64,000 nucleotides of DNA from Methanobacteriota archaeon (GTDB taxonomy: Archaea > Thermoplasmatota > Poseidoniia > Poseidoniales > Thalassarchaeaceae), in NCBI GenBank assembly GCA_018654845.1, contig JABIKU010000002.1, forward strand, positions 81,602 to 145,601, read 5' to 3'. Positions 55,194 through 63,026 of this stretch are shown here, piece by piece. The position numbers and the translations under genes are program-made. Under the pieces are notes generated by a model. It had not been told where the DNA came from and did no database searches. It saw nothing but the letters and a program-made list of their open reading frames with translations. How positions within the stretch are numbered: position 1 is the stretch's first letter; each line of letters begins with the position of its first letter.

Positions 55194-58100
55194 TTATTCC
55201 TGAATAATCTCTTGTTGCATTGGATGCTCTACGATCTCTTGCTCAACCGGTTTCCTTAGTTTCAAGTATCCAATTGTACCAATAATTGTGAACACAACGA
55301 TTATCGCAACGATGAGTCCAGTCATTCCAATTGTAGAAGATGAGGTGCCTTCAGTTGATGGTTGAGAATTATTTTCCTCTTGTTGTTGTTGTGGTGAAAT
55401 GATTGTAAACGGTGTTGATGATTGATTCAATACTGAAACATCTCCAATGCGATTGGTAATGGAAAGAACCCAAGGTTGACTCCAAGTTCCTTCTTCAAAT
55501 CCTGTATTAATTAGGAGAGAGAGTTCAAGTTGGCCTTGTGAGGAAAGTTCTCCTACCACAGTAGTTTCTTGAATGAATGATGTTGCCCCCAACACAGTTA
55601 ATGAAACATTCATTGGAAAGGTTCCATCAGTATTGCTGATAATACAACTTACTAGGGTTGCAGTTGTATTCATTTGCAGTGATTGTGTCACTTCAGTACA
55701 CTGAACATCCACGTTATATTCAATTGCAGAAGAAGCATCTATCGTATTGGAATATTGTTCACATTCGGCACTATCAGTTGCGTCACAAACCAAAACCTGT
55801 ACTTCAATTGAGTTATCCAAAAATGAAGATAAAGAAACTTCAATCGCCCAATCTCCATCTTGAATAGAGTGATTATCAAGGAGGGTTGTACCTGCACTAG
55901 TAATCGTTACCAAACCTTCTCTAAAGCGGAATTGGTGTTGTCCGGAAACTGTTAGATTCAAATCATTTGAATCGAATTGCCATGAGCTAATATCTCCTGA
56001 AACAAGAGGGGCCAGTGGTATTATTTCAAACATTGAAGAAGTAATAACCGTTTGACTTGGGTTTCCATATCCATCGAAAAGGAATGCTGTAAGTTCATGA
56101 AATCCAATTTCCCAATCTGTTGTTTGCAATAGAACTGAAGACATTCCTGTATTGATTGGGGAAATGGTTTGATTAGAAACTTGGGTGCCATTGAAAGAAG
56201 CAATAACATAGCCATTGATCATCTCGTTTTGGTCACTTGACCATTCCAATTGTACAATCATATCATCGCCTATCAATACGATTTTATCATGATTAATTGC
56301 TGTTATTACAGGTCCAGTCAGATCCACTAAACTAAAGGAATAATCAACACCACTTTGGTATCCATCAACATCTTCAGCCATTTGTCCAGTTGTCTCTGAA
56401 ATATCAACCTCTAATAGCCATGTCTTCAAATCATCACGGCTTGGAGTCCAATATGCTGTATAGGCATTTTTGTTTTCATCCCAACCAAGCCAAAGAGCCT
56501 CTGAATTTCCTTGTGAAGGCGTTAAGATGACCGATGCCGATAAATCGCTTCTATTATGCTGAGATGTAACCGAAAAAATGAACCCTTCATCGTGCAATTC
56601 CCATGTGCTGGAATCTTCAAATACAGATATTGCATTATGTGTATTATTTGCTGCAGCCATCGTTATTGAAGTGACCGATGGAAAGGCAGGGCCGATTTCA
56701 AACGCATAGGCTTGCTCTACAAATAGCACATTGCCATGAGCATCAACCAGTTCTAATGCAATATAATTTTGAGTTGTAGCTGTAGGGTTAAATCCTGTTG
56801 GATTGAAAGAAGCACCATACCTTCCTATGGTGGAAAAATAGGATAACGAATTTGTTATTGCTGGTTTTGTACTATCACCTTGATGAATCCAAGCTGAACC
56901 TGTCAGTGTTGTTTCACCAATAACATCTTCAACAGTAATTGCAAATGAATCTCCTACACGAATAGATTTCCCAATATTTTCTCCAATTCTATGATATATT
57001 GAATAGAGTTGGGGGGCGATATCATCAATCCACTGTACAGACAGATCTTTGAGAGTCACCTCATAGTTTTGCAAGTTAAATGGAATTGTATCTCCCGAGA
57101 CTTGCAATGTGTATTGAGATAAACAAGATGATATGGCATTATACCAATCATTACAAGCTGCAAATGCATATTGTGTTAGGTTTGATTTCAAATCAACATC
57201 ATGTGTCCAAGACCAAGACATTTGAGGATGTTTAACATCCAATTGTACTGCCATAGTTGTTGAAATATTGAAAATAAGTTGATTCATTTCAACTCCATCT
57301 GTTCCAATCGTTCCACTACTCGGCCATGCATTGATTAATTGTTGAGTAGTGAACTCAATGTCAACTCCTCCTAATTCTGAATTCATAGCCCCAGTATAAA
57401 CTGTTGAACTACCCAACATCACCTCAATTGTATCTGTGGCAGAATTAATTGGCCAATCTATCCATATATTGAGAGATGATGTTGGAATTGCAAATGTTGG
57501 AATTGAAATGTTAACTGTGTGTGAATTAGAATTACTCACAATCGTAGCATTATCTGAATAACCAATTGATTGTGAAAGTGGGCCCAAAAGTGTGCTTCCA
57601 CCTGGCATAGTCATCTCAAGATTATTGAGAATATGTGCATCATCCCAGAATAACGTATAGTCGCTCAATTCTGGAGATTGTGTACCTGTACGATTGAATT
57701 GATAAGAAAATTGTACAGCAGTTAACCGCAGTAATATTTGATGCGATAAATTGCCTATATTCCAATCACTCCAATCAGTAGAAGTATCTGTTGTTAAGCC
57801 AGAAATTGTGTATCTATATTTGAATATTAAACTTGAATTTACTGGAATTGTTGAAGTGTGATTTATCCATCCATCAATAATTTCTCCACCATTTGGCGAC
57901 CATGCATCGGTAATGAAAGAACCGTCATTCTCATTGACTTCATTTGAAACTGTATAGCCTGCCCAAGTAGAGGAACTGTTGACACCAGTTGATCCTGAAG
58001 AACCCGGCACCCCAACTGCACCGGTTCCATATGGTTGGCCTCCACTACCACCACTACCAGCTGAAACAGAAATAGTTCCTTGATTGTAATAATTGGAGAC

Positions 58101-58928
58101 TTGAGTCATTATAGTAATACGGCCGCCATCTCCGCCATGGAAAAAACCGATGCAGGCACCTGAACAGAAACTAGGAGCACCATGCCCACCATCTCCGCCA
58201 ACCGCTTCAATAATGCCACCCGAGTCGACATTTACTGTATTTGCTTTAATGAAAATTGAACCTCCACTCCCACCTCCAGCACCTGAACCACCTGGTCCTG
58301 AGCCTCCTGAAATCGGGTGGCCATTGGCACCATTCTCTCCATTGGATTGAATTGTCCCATTAACATCAATTTGTTCTGCAAATATTCGTATATATCCGCC
58401 GCCGTTTCCGCCGCCTGCAGTTGGATGATTTGAACTACTGACTGAACCGCCTTGTGAGCCAGGTTCGGTAGAATTTCCATAGGATGACCCGCCATTACTG
58501 GGGCCACCACCACCACTGCCGCCACTGCCGCCATGGCCTGCGCCACCACCGCCATCACTGTAGCCATTACTTGATGCAACAATTGTACCTCCAGCACCAG
58601 TACCACCACTACTTATTGCGTTTGCAGAAATGGTTGTTCCAGCCGCAACAACCAGTATTCTAACGGTAATCGTTAGATTTCCAGTAGCAGTTATTGAGCC
58701 ACAAGTTTGGGCCCCACAACTTAAATTAAGAGTATCATAACTATGAGAACCTGACCATTGAACGGCATTTTGAATGGTAGTAGAGTTATTTCCTGACCCT
58801 GGCGGTCCTGCATTTGCATTGATTAGTTCAACGCCCGTTGTAGTTACAAATGTATTATTGAGTGTTCCGTTCGTTTGAGCATTTGCCATATTATAATACA
58901 TTGATTGAGTTGAAGAATGTGGTAACAC
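55194..58928 (-). CDS. giant (1244 aa) glycine-rich, probably beta-helical, C-terminally anchored surface protein
   Basis: Gly-rich block with alternating hydrophobic strands (GGGGAGHGGSGGSGGGGPSNGG, IRIFAEQIDVNGTIQSNGENG, IFIKANTVNVDSGGIIEAVGGDGG). Many N-x-S/T sequons. Q/S/T-rich stalk and TM GLIVAIIVVFTIIGTIGYL. The track start is a GTG with no signal peptide. Confidence 0.75.
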   Translation of the reverse strand: MLPHSSTQSMYYNMANAQTNGTLNNTFVTTTGVELINANAGPPGSGNNSTTIQNAVQWSGSHSYDTLNLSCGAQTCGSITATGNLTITVRILVVAAGTTISANAISSGGTGAGGTIVASSNGYSDGGGGAGHGGSGGSGGGGPSNGGSSYGNSTEPGSQGGSVSSSNHPTAGGGNGGGYIRIFAEQIDVNGTIQSNGENGANGHPISGGSGPGGSGAGGGSGGSIFIKANTVNVDSGGIIEAVGGDGGHGAPSFCSGACIGFFHGGDGGRITIMTQVSNYYNQGTISVSAGSGGSGGQPYGTGAVGVPGSSGSTGVNSSSTWAGYTVSNEVNENDGSFITDAWSPNGGEIIDGWINHTSTIPVNSSLIFKYRYTISGLTTDTSTDWSDWNIGNLSHQILLRLTAVQFSYQFNRTGTQSPELSDYTLFWDDAHILNNLEMTMPGGSTLLGPLSQSIGYSDNATIVSNSNSHTVNISIPTFAIPTSSLNIWIDWPINSATDTIEVMLGSSTVYTGAMNSELGGVDIEFTTQQLINAWPSSGTIGTDGVEMNQLIFNISTTMAVQLDVKHPQMSWSWTHDVDLKSNLTQYAFAACNDWYNAISSCLSQYTLQVSGDTIPFNLQNYEVTLKDLSVQWIDDIAPQLYSIYHRIGENIGKSIRVGDSFAITVEDVIGETTLTGSAWIHQGDSTKPAITNSLSYFSTIGRYGASFNPTGFNPTATTQNYIALELVDAHGNVLFVEQAYAFEIGPAFPSVTSITMAAANNTHNAISVFEDSSTWELHDEGFIFSVTSQHNRSDLSASVILTPSQGNSEALWLGWDENKNAYTAYWTPSRDDLKTWLLEVDISETTGQMAEDVDGYQSGVDYSFSLVDLTGPVITAINHDKIVLIGDDMIVQLEWSSDQNEMINGYVIASFNGTQVSNQTISPINTGMSSVLLQTTDWEIGFHELTAFLFDGYGNPSQTVITSSMFEIIPLAPLVSGDISSWQFDSNDLNLTVSGQHQFRFREGLVTITSAGTTLLDNHSIQDGDWAIEVSLSSFLDNSIEVQVLVCDATDSAECEQYSNTIDASSAIEYNVDVQCTEVTQSLQMNTTATLVSCIISNTDGTFPMNVSLTVLGATSFIQETTVVGELSSQGQLELSLLINTGFEEGTWSQPWVLSITNRIGDVSVLNQSSTPFTIISPQQQQEENNSQPSTEGTSSSTIGMTGLIVAIIVVFTIIGTIGYLKLRKPVEQEIVEHPMQQEIIQE

Positions 58929-59004
58929 TTCTACTCCAACACTTGCATTGAGTAAGCGATGCCCTCCTTGATGATGAAAAAAGCAGCACCTCCCATATCG
59001 GCCA

Positions 59005-59178
59005 TTATTGTAGTGGTTGGTGAACCGCTGGAGAAAGTGTTGACATCAACGATTTGACTAACTTTTGATGAATATCAAGTTCTAATAAATCTGATTCCAT
59101 AAACAATGGAGAAATCGATGAAATTATTAGAAGAATGCTCAAAAAAACAACTTCTCTTGTATAAGCATTATTTGCCAT
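59005..59178 (-). other. detached 57-codon ORF encoding a signal-peptide-like N-terminus, probably the displaced 5' end of the giant ORF
   Basis: Minus-strand ATG at 59176-59178 gives MANNAYTREVVFLSILLIISSISPLFMESD... and stops at 59005-59007. It is below the 60-aa track cut-off and in a different frame from 55194-58928. Confidence 0.5.
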
Positions 59179-59272
59179 AATGTGTGATAAAACATGGCTC
59201 TTAATAGGTTTTTTACGAAATCAGGTGTTTTTTCCTGAGGAAATCTCTTTTTCATCCTGGGCGATGAAAGGT

Positions 59273-60205
59273 TCATCGGGATTTGTCAATAATGAGTTTC
59301 GAATCGATATATTTCGAAAGATTTTTTTGAAATTCAAGTTCTTCAGAAAAAACCGTTTCGAGTTCTTTTCTAACGTCTTCAGATAGTTCTGGTCTTCGAT
59401 ATGGTTTGGGTTTGAAAGCCGGAGAACGAATTGGATCTAGAATGGCCTTGCGTAATTTTTGAGTAGGAATTAGTATTTTTATCAACGATGCTAGAATGGT
59501 TGGCGGCTTTCTAACAAATTGTGCCCACCTTGCAGAATTTATCATTCCACTTTCATTTTGCTTTGATAAATTTATATCGTCTGAAAATTTTTCAACCCCC
59601 AACCATTCTAGTATTTCGTTCAGAGTTTGGATCGGGGCTGCTTTGAGGGAATTTATTGGTATGATTCTAACTCTGTCGCCTAGTTTTTCTACCCATTCAA
59701 GAACGGGCTGTTTTAATTGGGGAAACCGCATAAAACTGTATGTTTGTGGGTTATTTTCATCGATTACAAATCCTGCCTCGCGGCAATAATCTATCATTTC
59801 ATCTTGTGTGAGTGTGTAATCAATCAATCTTTTTCGATGTTCTTGATGCATGCTTAACATGATATCTATTGGATCTCGGAGTGTAATTATCACCTTCGCT
59901 TCTGGCATTTGATCTTTAATTGAAGATAGTGCCCTTGTTGAATAGAGGTGGAATGCGGATTTGTCCATTACGTAATTTTCCTTGTTATAGTTAGAAAGAT
60001 CTGCATATGGAGCTAGGATTGCGGTTCCTTTCGGATGTATTGGAGAGGTTGGAAATTCTGCTGCGCCAGCGATTAAAAATTGGCTCTCATTTGGCCACGG
60101 ATGGAATATCTGTTCGTGCTCCCTGAGCCAGTGCATCAACGAGGTCGTGCCGGTTTTTGGGCCACCGACAAGAAGTAAATTTGGTGCCGGTTCAAATCGA
60201 TGCAT
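59273..60205 (-). CDS. PAPS-dependent sulfotransferase (carbohydrate sulfotransferase-like)
   Basis: 5'-PSB LLLVGGPKTGTTSLMHWL and 3'-PB IITLRDPIDIMLSMHQEH. 310 aa, no signal peptide. Confidence 0.88.
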   Translation of the reverse strand: MHRFEPAPNLLLVGGPKTGTTSLMHWLREHEQIFHPWPNESQFLIAGAAEFPTSPIHPKGTAILAPYADLSNYNKENYVMDKSAFHLYSTRALSSIKDQMPEAKVIITLRDPIDIMLSMHQEHRKRLIDYTLTQDEMIDYCREAGFVIDENNPQTYSFMRFPQLKQPVLEWVEKLGDRVRIIPINSLKAAPIQTLNEILEWLGVEKFSDDINLSKQNESGMINSARWAQFVRKPPTILASLIKILIPTQKLRKAILDPIRSPAFKPKPYRRPELSEDVRKELETVFSEELEFQKNLSKYIDSKLIIDKSR

Positions 60206-60258
60206 AACAAATCCTCGACCCTTGGACGGGCTATATTGACTTGAACGCCACGCTCTGA

Positions 60259-60486
60259 TTAATTGTCGCGGAAATGAGATACTACTATTGGCGCGTTCGA
60301 TTCTGAAGGATTGATTTCCTCAAGAGAAATGATATCAATATTCCTTCTTGGTGCCCCATGGCGACTACCAAAATTGGATAAAATACGATGTTCGGCGTCT
60401 CCTTCATCTTCTGCTACGATGTCTATTGTGAACTCTTGTTTGTTCCGTCCTTTGCGGAATGTTCCAATCGCACGGTAAGCCTTCAT
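60259..60486 (-). CDS. rplX: 50S ribosomal protein LX (L18Ae/eL20 family)
   Basis: MKAYRAIGTFRKGRNKQEFTIDIVAEDEGDAEHRILSNFGSRHGAPRRNIDIISLEEI fits the short archaeal LX protein. Start placed at ATG 60484-60486; the track extends to GTG 60522. Confidence 0.72.
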   Translation of the reverse strand: MKAYRAIGTFRKGRNKQEFTIDIVAEDEGDAEHRILSNFGSRHGAPRRNIDIISLEEINPSESNAPIVVSHFRDN

Positions 60487-60508
60487 GGCGCCGGCGACTT
60501 TCGGCCTT

Positions 60509-60516
60509 GATATAAA
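60509..60516 (-). promoter_or_regulatory. TATA box candidate for a leaderless rplX transcript
   Basis: Minus strand TTTATATC is centred ~26 nt upstream of the ATG at 60486. That is the spacing expected between an archaeal TATA box and the transcription start site. Confidence 0.4.
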
Positions 60517-60533
60517 CGCCACTAAGGTTGGCT

Positions 60534-60560
60534 AGGTTAGTTTGGGTAAGAATTTGATGC
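60534..60560. repeat. copy B of the shared intergenic motif (AGGTTAGTTTGGG ... TTGATGC) upstream of rplX
   Basis: See copy A at 51802-51831. On the coding (minus) strand it reads GCATCAA-N-CCCAAACTAACCT, immediately upstream of the TATA candidate. Confidence 0.6.
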
Positions 60561-60623
60561 CTTAATCATCGACTCTTACTCAAGGTTCAAGTGTGTCCTG
60601 TGTTGGATGCAAAGTGGTTGAAT

Positions 60624-61085
60624 ATGGCACCTAAGAACGCCGATGGGGTGGTTTCTGAAGAAAGGGGGGGTTCCCTTTCCGATCGGCTTTCGGTTTTTTC
60701 TAATAGGCAATTGATCGAAGAGGTGATTACAGTCTGGGATGAGTTAATTCGAGCAGAACAAGAGTTGGCCATCTCACGGCAACGCTCACGCGCCCTAGAA
60801 ATTGAGTTATCGGCACCAAATCAAGAAGTAAATGATCGGGCTCGAACTTCACGTATTGAAGAAGAGATTCGGGTTGCAAAAACAAGAATTTCTCAATTAG
60901 AGTTGTTATTAGAAAATGCAGAAGCGCGTATTTCGGAAAATAATAATCTCCATACATCTGAACGTTTTGAAGAATTACAAAAAGAAAATGCACGGTTATT
61001 GCAATCAGAAGAAGAATTGCTTCTCTTAATTTTGGATATGGAAGAACAATTGGATAAAATGATTGAAAAATTAGGAGAAGAGTAA
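60624..61085 (+). CDS. hypothetical coiled-coil protein
   Basis: Heptad-rich E/L/R sequence (ELIRAEQELAISRQRSRALEIELS..., RISQLELLLENAEARI). Start uncertain: GTG 60591 or ATG 60624. Confidence 0.5.
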   Translation: MAPKNADGVVSEERGGSLSDRLSVFSNRQLIEEVITVWDELIRAEQELAISRQRSRALEIELSAPNQEVNDRARTSRIEEEIRVAKTRISQLELLLENAEARISENNNLHTSERFEELQKENARLLQSEEELLLLILDMEEQLDKMIEKLGEE

Positions 61086-61087
61086 CG

Positions 61088-61897
61088 TTAAGAGTTCATC
61101 TCTTCAATAAATGTAGAGATTACTTGTTGTAGCTCGTCGGCGTCATTATATGATTCGGTTAAATTGCCAGTGATTATCCAATCTGCTCCTGCTCTAACTG
61201 CAGTTTTTGCGGCAGTTCCGTCTCGAATCCCGCCCCCTACAATTATTGTTAATTCACACGACTCTCTAGCCGTTTCAATTAATTGTGAAGACACCGGTTT
61301 TGTTGCACCACTCCCTGCCTCCAAATAAAGTATTTTGAATCCATAAAATTCCGCGGTCATTGCATAGGATGACACCCGGTCGGTATCGTCCGGCTTGATC
61401 AAATCAACTTGGCCGACCTGCCCCACTCGGCCACCGGGGGCACATACAAGATAGCCCATTGGTAATGGAGAGATTCCCGCCTTTTTGATGAAGGGTGCCC
61501 CAATTACTTGTTCCTCGATTAGATATTGGGGTGAGGTACTATTCATGAGCATCATGAAAGTTATCGCATCCGCGGCAGGAGACAATGCGGCGGCACCTTG
61601 TGGAAAAAGAACAACGGGGACTTTCCATTCCTTTTCATCTTGATCAGATGATTGAGTTGCTGCCCAATTAATCAGTTCCAGAGATTCTTGAATTGCAACA
61701 ATCGTATCATGAACATTGCTCATATCAGTATCCGTTGAACCGCCCACTAGAATCATACGACTACCGGCGGTAACAGCTGCTATTGCTCGCTTTGCCGCAA
61801 CATCAGGTGGTTGATCGGCAGGATCGATTAGAATAGCGTGGCGCGCTTGTGACTGTCTATTACAAACATAACTAACAGCTCGATTTGCACCACCCAT
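61088..61897 (-). CDS. geranylgeranylglyceryl phosphate synthase (PcrB/GGGPS family)
   Basis: ILIDPAD, MILVGGSTD, VPVVLFPQG, DAITFMMLMNS, ILYLEAGSGA, IIVGGGIRD and GADWIITGN follow the GGGPS TIM-barrel motif order. Confidence 0.88.
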   Translation of the reverse strand: MGGANRAVSYVCNRQSQARHAILIDPADQPPDVAAKRAIAAVTAGSRMILVGGSTDTDMSNVHDTIVAIQESLELINWAATQSSDQDEKEWKVPVVLFPQGAAALSPAADAITFMMLMNSTSPQYLIEEQVIGAPFIKKAGISPLPMGYLVCAPGGRVGQVGQVDLIKPDDTDRVSSYAMTAEFYGFKILYLEAGSGATKPVSSQLIETARESCELTIIVGGGIRDGTAAKTAVRAGADWIITGNLTESYNDADELQQVISTFIEEMNS

Positions 61898-61943
61898 GCT
61901 CTATCGAAGAGCGCTTACATTCTAAGGTTTCAGAATGAAATAT

Positions 61944-62573
61944 TCAATATTTTATCGTGTTTGCGGTTTTTATTCCATTTACAATCATATCTTCTAATGC
62001 ATAACGAGGATCTTTACAATACCAAGACATTCTTTGCAACCAACGCAGTTCATTTCTCTCTTCACCTTGCCACCATACCTCAATAGTACCATCAACCCGT
62101 GTACCAATAATTTCAAAATTGTCTTCTATAATGTTTGTAGAAATTCCTCCTTCCCATTTTTGAGTTTTGGGAACTTTTCTAAAGTCGAATATTTCATCAA
62201 ATGATTCGGTTAAATTGGAAATTGGGCCCCCTCCTTCGAAGGTAATTAAATCCCTTGAGATTTTTGTGACTCTGGTTCGAAGAAGTATGGTTGCGTTTCG
62301 GTTCGAAAGAGATGTCGCTATTGATTTTAAAAATAAAGAGTGGTGAATGGCAGAACATGATTGGTTTGGTGTTTCTTGAACGAAACCAGAGTGCCAATTC
62401 TCAGAAATGAGGGGCCATTTGAAAAACAGACCAGGGGGCACTTCACCAAATCCAGCTTCTGCAGATTCGTCAATAAGGGTAATTGTATTGTTATTATTAT
62501 TATCAAGTATTTGATGCGCACAAACATATGCATCAATGTTCGATCCAATAATTGCTATATTTCTCAAAACCAT
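61944..62573 (-). CDS. hypothetical protein with a degenerate Rossmann-like N-terminus
   Basis: MVLRNIAIIGSNIDAYVCAHQILD...ITLIDES looks like a beta-alpha-beta dinucleotide fold, but GxGxxG is degraded to GSNIDA. The ATG overlaps the ferredoxin stop (ATGA-type overlap). Confidence 0.45.
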   Translation of the reverse strand: MVLRNIAIIGSNIDAYVCAHQILDNNNNNTITLIDESAEAGFGEVPPGLFFKWPLISENWHSGFVQETPNQSCSAIHHSLFLKSIATSLSNRNATILLRTRVTKISRDLITFEGGGPISNLTESFDEIFDFRKVPKTQKWEGGISTNIIEDNFEIIGTRVDGTIEVWWQGEERNELRWLQRMSWYCKDPRYALEDMIVNGIKTANTIKY

Positions 62574-62761
62574 CACCGAATTTCTATTGCAAAAACTGGA
62601 CATATTGGTAAACAAAGCTCACAGTGGGTGCATTTGTTTTCTTCTATATCAATTAATATATTGTTCAAAGATAAAGCATCAAGTGGACAAATTGCGACAC
62701 AAGCAGCGCAACCAAAACAACGAGAATTGTTAATGAGAAGGGTGTGAGTTGAATTTTTCAA
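62573..62761 (-). CDS. 2x[4Fe-4S] ferredoxin
   Basis: Two CxxCxxCxxxCP clusters: CFGCAACVAICP and CTHCELCLPICP. 62 aa. Confidence 0.9.
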   Translation of the reverse strand: MKNSTHTLLINNSRCFGCAACVAICPLDALSLNNILIDIEENKCTHCELCLPICPVFAIEIR

Positions 62762-63026
62762 TAATTGATGTGGGTGGGGGAGTGCTTCTCAAATTACCCC
62801 AACCCCCCTATTTCTATTAGAAAAAAATATATCTCGAAATAAATCTAATAAAAATGGCTTCTATTTATTAATTTACAATATTCATTAGGCTTCTGACACT
62901 GACGAGTATTAATCATATCTGTGAATTAAAACAAATTAGAAAAAATCATAAAATCAAGATTACAGTGGAAGTGATGGGGATCCTCTCCGATTCCCTCATC
63001 ACCAATCACCCCCTCCGCAAAATGAA

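Noticed and set aside
58150-58609. ORFs 58150-58350 (plus) and 58232-58609 (minus, alternate frame) in the glycine-rich part of the giant gene.
   Set aside because: GGN-rich DNA is open in several frames. Only the main frame continues for 1244 aa into a TM-anchored protein.
62762-63026. 265-bp AT-rich gap between the ferredoxin gene and the beta-CASP gene examined for an ncRNA or small gene.
   Set aside because: I saw only an imperfect G-run/C-run inverted repeat near 62770-62815 and scattered CTGA/GTGATG words. Nothing is convincing, so it is most simply a divergent promoter region.
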